NCBI GenBank assembly: GCA_951406725.2
Contig: OX597815.1
Coordinates: 212,970,001-213,034,000, forward strand
Direction: 5' to 3'
DNA length: 64,000 bases
DNA from: Octopus vulgaris
Lineage: Eukaryota
Shown here: piece by piece, positions 57,670 to 64,000 of the stretch
How positions within the stretch are numbered: the first letter of the stretch is position 1
Layout: the number at the start of each line of letters is the position of its first letter
Position numbers and translations under genes: made by a program
Notes under the pieces: model-generated
Told to the model about the DNA's origin: nothing
Database searches by the model: none
What the model saw: the letters and a program-made list of their open reading frames with translations, nothing else

Positions 57670-58432
57670 ACATAGGCATGGATGTGAGGTTAAGAAGTTT
57701 GCTTCCCAACCATGTAGCCTTGGGTTCAATCCCACGGTGTGACACCTTGGGTAATTGTCTTCTATTGTTGCTCCAGGCTGACCAAAGCCTTGTGACTAGA
57801 CTGGGTTGACAGAAACTGAAAGTACAAATACATATATATGTGTGTGTGTTTATATGTGTGTTTGTGTGTGTATATATATGTATGTATTATGTATAAATGC
57901 ATGTGTCGAAAGAGCTGTTCTTCCCTCCTGCTCCAGAGCGTGGGCTGCGGGGTCACTCCGAAAAGCTCTATCTACAACGATTTCATCTCAATTGAAGGAG
58001 AGGGGCTTTCTCCGTCCGGGTTGCGGATCCGTAGAATAAGCTGCCGGACGAGATAGTGAAGATGCCGACGACCGCTCGGTTCGAAGTCTCTCTTGACCAG
58101 AAATGGCCTGAACTCTTTGCATGAACACCCTCCCTGTACATAACTCCATGTCCCCCTACATGGCCTTGCTTTTGCTTTTTGAGCCAAAAAATTAACTTAA
58201 CTATGTGTATATCCTTGTCTTGACGTCACATGATGGTTGTAAACAAGCATCATTGTCATACAAGCAACAAAGTTTGTTATGCGTAAAACATGTCTGGCCA
58301 CAGGAAATACAATTTTACTTGAAAGCAGGTAAGGGTTGGTAACAAGAAGGGCATTTGGGCATAGAAAATCTGCCTCATCAAATTCTGTCTGATCTAAGCA
58401 ACCATGGAAAACTGAATGTTAAATGATAGTGA
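57670..58432 (+). mobile_element. tRNA-headed SINE with an RTE-like 3' tail, interrupted by a CR1 fragment
   Basis: Head with ggttcaatccc box B (57670-57830), microsatellite, CR1 insert, then a body ending gttggtaacaagaagggcatt...catggaaaactgaatgttaaatgat. Confidence 0.7.
57905..58202 (+). mobile_element. CR1-clade LINE 3' fragment
   Basis: RGHSEKLYLQRFHLN*RRGAFSVRVADP*NKLPDEIVKMPTTARFEVSLDQKW is the typical CR1 ORF2 C-terminus; short UTR and (ttaac)n-like tail. Confidence 0.85.
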
Positions 58433-58477
58433 TATATACATACAATGTGTGTGTGTGTGTGTGTGAGTATACATATG

Positions 58478-58513
<36 letters not shown>

Positions 58514-58540
58514 TTACTTAACATCCTTTTTCCATGCTAT

Positions 58541-58821
58541 ATCATCATCATCATCATCGTTTAACGTCCGTTTTCCATGCTAGCATGGGTTGGACAGTTC
58601 GACCGGGGTCTGGGAAGCCAAGGGCTGCACCAGGCTCCAGTCTGATCTGGCAGTGTTTCTACAGCTGGATGCCCTTCCTAACGCCAACCACTCCGCGAGT
58701 GTAGTGGGTGCTTTTTACGTGCCACCGGCACAGATGCCAGGGGAGTCTGGCATTGGCCATGATCGATTGGTGCTTTTAACGTGCCACCGGTACGGAAGCC
58801 AGCCAAGGCGGCGCTGGCATC
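58541..58821 (-). mobile_element. RTE 3'UTR terminal fragment
   Basis: (CAT)n plus the reverse complement of the RTE terminus, abutting a remnant of an older tail (58511-58538). Confidence 0.92.
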
Positions 58822-59866
58822 ACATATGTAAAATTGATTGGGGGCATCCAACAGAAATATTGTATCAGTATCCATAAAAATGTGTATCCAAGATGAAGAG
58901 AAAAGTCAGCAATCCAACAAAATGTAGTCAATTTATATAAACCCACATATTCTGTTTTGCTTTCTGTTTACCATCTGAAATATTTTGCTATTGACTGAGT
59001 AAAACTGTTCTTGGAAATGGCATGTTTGCATGCACAGACAGTGTTCTTGTGGTCAGGTTGGGCTGATTCTTATTACCTGCCCAAGTGTAATTATCCAGGA
59101 AACCGAGATTAAGGACATAAGAAAATACTCTTGGTCAAAAGTCAAATGTCAAACACACACATTGGAGAGGCTTAATAATCTGATTCATGGCAAATTTTTG
59201 AGTTTGCTTTTATTTGTTCGTATTTTTTAAATTTTAATTTGGGAGATAAAAAAATGGTGTTAACAAATAAATTATAGAACAAAACTCAAAACCCATTTAA
59301 CCCAGAATCCCTTGCTGTCTCTCACACACAAACACAACACATTCTCCCAATCAGTGTTCTTTAAGAAAGTATTAGTAAGAATAAAAGCTGTGATTCAGAC
59401 ACAATATGAAATATTTGTGTTTTATGTACAAAATGAATATTAAAAAGAAAAACAAACAATTGTAATGCATTGGAACAAATGGAAGCAATGCAAATAGGAA
59501 TCTAAAAGCCTCTCAACAAAATCCTGGTTGGTTAGGAATTAAATGATCCAATATAAATGAGGTTTTCTTTTTGACACATGACGTTGTTTTGTTCTCTTTT
59601 TTCCCAGAGTGGACAGTACAGACTTGAGATGACTTGGTGCAGCTGTTTGGACACAGAAAATTTGGCACGACTAACTGGACATGCAGTGGGTTTTGGCAAC
59701 AGTACTTTTTGGCACTAGAAGCAAACACACACACACACACGCAGAAATATATACATGCAAATAGAAAGAGTGGGAGAAAGAGACAATACAATATGTTTAT
59801 TGAACACAATTGACATAAACACTTTCTCCCTCTTTATACACATAAAAAGAAATATGCTCCACACAC

Positions 59867-59909
<43 letters not shown>

Positions 59910-59984
59910 GAGACAGACAGACAGAGACAGAGAGGCAGACAGACAGACAGACAGAGAGGTGGGGGAGAACAAGAAAAACATTAA

Positions 59985-60205
59985 CCCTTTAGTATCCTAG
60001 CCAGCCATACCACACCCAAATATTCTATCTGTTTTATGTTCAAATTGATCTGATTGGGCATCTCACACCTGCCCTACAATGTCATTCTAAAAATAAATAA
60101 TCAGATTATTGAAATCTCAGAGTTACAAGATAATGCATGATTAATCCAAGACAAAGTGAATAAAGAAGCATCACATTTGACAGAGTTAATCCGGATGCTG
60201 AAGGG
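59985..60205. mobile_element. piggyBac-type MITE
   Basis: TTAA TSDs (59981-59984, 60206-60209); TIRs ccctttagtatcc / ggatgctgaaggg (11/13 match). Confidence 0.88.
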
Positions 60206-60559
60206 TTAACACATCTGATGTCAAATACCTCAGCATTGAATCAGTGATGCCAAATAAGGAGCGACAAAATGGCTGTGCCAAAAAATATCATGCTCATGTA
60301 GCTTAATTACTGGAAATAATTAGATGATGAAGGAACAATGATTAGGTTTGATTAACTAAGGTAAAATGAAAATGTATGCTAAGAAAAAGAGCTATTTTAA
60401 AAATGGATGATTTAAATGGATGTAATCAAGTTTTAAAAAATATTAACGTATCAGGGTTTATAGACATGGAATAATCAATTCATCTTTAATTAGGGAAGTC
60501 ATCACAATTTTTTCATATTTTCTGTACTTTTTTTTTGTTGTTCTAATTAGAATTTCTCA

Positions 60560-60737
60560 TTAAGTTGAAATTGTTCCATAAACTGGTGTATAGTCGCTCC
60601 TTCGTTTTTTCCAGCAAAGGAAGACTCCACCCAAGATTATTAGCAGCACAGGAAGACCAAGACCAACGGCAATAATGATGATTGCTGTTACAGAAATTTT
60701 TTCTACTGGTGCCACTCCAAAGCCAGTTATGAAAAAC
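60560..60737 (-). CDS. GLMP: Terminal coding exon of a glycosylated lysosomal membrane protein (GLMP/NCU-G1)-like gene
   Basis: Polypyrimidine tract + cag acceptor (60740-60738), then a phase-2 exon reading (W)FFITGFGVAPVEKISVTAIIIIAVGLGLPVLLIILGGVFLCWKKRRSDYTPVYGTIST*. It has a single TM helix with the AVGLGxP pattern, a basic stop-transfer and a YxxPhi tail, as in NCU-G1 C-termini. Upstream exons were not found in the window. Confidence 0.85.
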
Positions 60738-60909
60738 CTGAAAGTAATGAATAAATAAAAAGAAAATAAGCATTAAAAAAATACTATCAATTTAATTTCA
60801 AATCTGGAGAGCTTCAAAACCGAAATTTAGAAAAAAGAAAACAATTAAAAAAAAAAATCACTGGATTTTTAATTAGATCCCATAAAGAATGTTATATTAT
60901 ATACAAGCT

Positions 60910-61291
60910 GGTGTGGCTGTGTGGTAAGTAGCTTGCTAACCAACCACATGGTTCCGGGTTCAGTCCCACTGCATGGCATCTTGGGCAAGTGTCTTCTGCT
61001 ATAGCCCCGGGCCGACCAATGCCTTGTAAGTGGATTTGGTAGACGGAAACTGAAAGAAGCCTGTCGTATATATGTATATATATATATGTGTTTGTGTGTC
61101 TGTGTTTGTCCCCCTAGCATTGTTTGACAACCGATGCTGGTGTGTTTACGTCCCCGTCACTTAGCGGTTCGGCAAAAGAGACCGATAGAATAAGTACTGG
61201 GCTTACAAAGAATAAGTCCCGGGGTCGATTTGCTCGACTAAAGGCGGTGCTCCAGCATGGCCGCAGTCAAATGACTGAAGTAAAAGAGTAA
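60910..61291 (+). mobile_element. tRNA-derived SINE, near-intact (intronic)
   Basis: Box A tggctgtgtgg, box B ggttcagtccc, central TA/TG tract, tail gtaaaagagtaa. Confidence 0.93.
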
Positions 61292-61579
61292 GCAAAATCT
61301 TTGTGCTGTTTATTTATATCATTCTACATTCAACATTGAAATCCAGCCAGTGTCCATTTTGTTTTAAATTCTTGTGAGAATCAATAAAAGACTCAAGTAC
61401 TGGGGTTGATGTAATTAATAATATGGCCTTGTGCCTGTTGGAAATCAATATTATATACCTCGTGCTGTTGAATAAGTGTCACTGTTTTGTTCAGAGAAAG
61501 CAAAATCAAAGATTCTGTAACATTCTACACATTATAGCAATCCCTACCTTACTAACATCACTTTCAATTCCAAATACAT

Positions 61580-61785
61580 GGAGAGCACTCCATTGGTTGT
61601 GACGATGAGGGTCCCAGCTGATCCGATCAACGGAACAGCTCTGTTTGTGAAATTAACGTGCAAGTGGCTGAGCACTCCACAGACACGTGTACCCTTAACG
61701 TAATTCTCGGGGAGATTCAGTGTGACAAGGCTGGCCCTTTGAAATACAGGTACTACTCATTTTTGCCAGCTGAGTGGACTGGCAA
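61580..61785 (-). mobile_element. SINE, third family, 3' part
   Basis: Reverse complement ccagtccactcagctggcaaaaatgagt...gctcagccacttgcacgttaatttcac is shared with 63205-63520 and 63820-63970. Confidence 0.75.
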
Positions 61786-61869
61786 TTATAACATAGTACT
61801 GTTATAATTGTACAAAATTTTCATTCCACCTTCAAAGTTAAACAAATGTCTTTAAATTTTCTTTTCATT

Positions 61870-61990
61870 CATCATTACCATCATCGTCATTTAATGTCCA
61901 CTTTTCCATGCTTGTATGGGTCAGACAGAATTTGTTGAGCCAGATTTTTTATGACTGGATGCCTTTTATGTTGCCAACCCAATCCTGTTT
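61870..61990 (-). mobile_element. RTE-tailed SINE 3' end
   Basis: catcatcgtcatttaatgtccacttttccatgcttg..ggatgcctt..gttgccaacc. Confidence 0.7.
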
Positions 61991-62004
61991 CCAAAGTAAT
62001 CTTT

Positions 62005-62562
62005 TATCTTTTACTTGTTTCAATCATTAGACTGCAGCCATGCTGGAGCACCACTTTGGAGGGTTTTTAGTTGAACAAATCAATGCCAGGACTTATATTT
62101 TTTTAAAGTCTGGTACTTATTCCATTGGTATCTCTTGCTGAACTACTAAGTTACGGGAATGTAAACACACCAATACCAGTTGTCAAGTAGTGGGGGGGGG
62201 GCAAATAGAGACACAAGGCCACATACACACAAGGTAGGCTTCTTTCAGTTTCCTTTTCAACAAGTGTAAAACCAATAACTATATAACCCAACCAAAACAT
62301 AATCAGAATTACTGCTTAGCCATAAAATACATCGTACATATTCAAAGAACCTTCTAGGTTTAGTGGTATGGAACAGTCTTCTGGTTCTTTTATTCTTTTA
62401 CCTGTTTCAGTCATTTCAGAAATTGACCCCTGGACTTATTCCCTGTAAGCCTCGTGCTTATTCTCTCAGTTTCTTCTGCCAAACAGCTAAGTTACAGGGA
62501 TGCAAACACACCAACATCGGTTGTCAAGCAATGGTGGTGGGGGGACAAACACACACATACAT

Positions 62563-62593
<31 letters not shown>

Positions 62594-62680
62594 TATGTGT
62601 GATGGGCTTCTTCATTTTCTGTCTACCAAATTCACTCACCAGGCTTTGAATGGCCCAAGGCTATGGTAGAAGACACTCTT
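62005..62680 (-). mobile_element. Two diverged tRNA-SINE copies (62005-62255 and 62385-62680)
   Basis: Both start with ttttac(t/c)tgtttca.tcatt and are colinear with the reverse complement of 60910-61291. Confidence 0.75.
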
Positions 62681-63204
62681 TAAAGTATAAAGTTGAATTT
62701 CATGTAGCCACCTGTTAGCAACTTTTCTCCCCCACCCATTTTGCAGGGGGTATTACCCATTTTTCTGGGCTCTTTTCACAGCTATACCCCATTCGAAATT
62801 TGCATAAATTTTTGTATGTATGTAAAAAAAAAAGAAAAATGAAAGGGAGAGGGGCTTGTTTGTAGTTTGTAGAGAAAACGTTAAATGTGTCTGAAAAATA
62901 AACATGGTCTTTCCCTGCCAACGAAAAGACATGAAGGACTATGAAAGAAGGTGAATAAATACCAGGGGTGGGGGAAAGAAAAGAGAACTAATGGTCGATC
63001 GTTCTAGAACTCCCAGAATAAAAACGTAAACACCTGAAAAGACTTTCCCACTTCTTCATTACTAAATGTCTTTCCCTCTTCTTCATTGTTAAAAGTAAAG
63101 AAGCTAGAAAAGATTGATCGTATTTCAGTCTAATTGTCATCGTAAATGACTGAGGCTTTTCTTTCTCTCTCTCTTTATTCCTTTTTTTTTACGGTTAAGA
63201 GAGT

Positions 63205-63520
63205 GTAGGTGCATGGCTCGGCGGTCAGGGGTATTCAGCTCATGATCATAAAGTTGTGAATATGATTCCCTGCAATGCACTGTGTTCTTGAGCAAGGTAC
63301 TCTACTTCAATTTGCTGCTGTCCACTCAGCTGGCAAAATTGAGTTGTAGCTGAGATTCAAAGGGGCTAGCCATGTCATATTCTGAATCTCCCCGAGAACT
63401 ACATAATGGTAAGCATTTCTGTGGAGTACTCAGCCACTTGCATGTTGATTTTACAAGCAGACTGTTCCGTTGATCAGATAAATAGGAACCGTGTCGTCAT
63501 AACCGACGGATTGCCATTTT
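63205..63520 (+). mobile_element. SINE, third family, decayed full copy (partial sister at 63820-63970)
   Basis: Degenerate tRNA-like head (gcatggctcggcgg), tgtgttcttgagcaagg, tccactcagctggcaaaa, tggagtactcagccacttgca. Confidence 0.75.
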
Positions 63521-64000
63521 TTAAAAAGAGTGAAAGAAAAAGAAATGTTCAAATCGTAAAGCAAAAATGTTATGTGTTTAGTATAAGCAGTGAAAGCTGA
63601 GGTGAAATAACTTCTATTCTGTCACCCTCGACTCATCCCCAGTTTGATAACAGCCTGCACATTGGTGTTTATCCGGAGGCCAAGCCTCCAGATCTGTGAG
63701 ATCCAAAAATGCTGCTGTTAGGACCAGATTAACACTCATAGTGACCCTAACGACTAAAAAGATTTTCCTGCCCCTATACAGGAACTTTTTTCATTTTCTT
63801 CTAACCACTTGAAGGTTTATCTTGCTCCAGTGCACTCGGCTGGTCAAAATGACTTGTAGCTAGAATTGAAAGGGGCCAGCCTTATATTTTGTGTGAGGCT
63901 GAATCTCTCTGAGTATTATGTTAATGGTATGCATGTCTGTGGAGTACTCAGCCACTTGCAAGTTAATTTTATCCTCGTGTGGTAATGAAAAGTGAAAGTG

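Noticed and set aside
60543-60773. 76-aa ORF from the track
   Set aside because: Wrong frame; the adjacent frame after the splice acceptor gives the recognisable TM protein.
63670-63720. RLGLRINTN-like RT motif on the minus strand
   Set aside because: Too short, with no adjacent RT motifs recoverable.

Overview
Eukaryotic, AT-rich and almost entirely repeat-derived window. The SINE/RTE/Dong repertoire and microsatellite load resemble a cephalopod (Octopus-like) genome; this is inferred from pattern recognition, not a database search. Bases 1-13,900 are a nest of RTE-clade LINE copies, tRNA-derived SINEs, a decayed mariner and small DNA transposons. One RTE copy has a 945-aa uninterrupted APE+RT frame, and its RT carries a C4HC3 PHD-type finger. 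Bases 14,579-18,910 hold an apparently full-length R4/Dong non-LTR element (RT + CCHC + RLE) broken by one TGG>TGA. It is inserted in (TAA)n and flanked by two copies of a non-coding ~560-bp TAA-embedded element. Bases 18,911-54,590 are a ~35.7-kb degenerate (TTA)n array with hidden higher-order structure, including an almost perfect 3.77-kb triplication, plus embedded RTE, SINE and Helitron insertions. The only host gene sequence recognised is the terminal coding exon of a GLMP/NCU-G1-like lysosomal membrane protein (minus strand, 60,560-60,737). All poly-I/L/N/Y ORFs are microsatellite artefacts.
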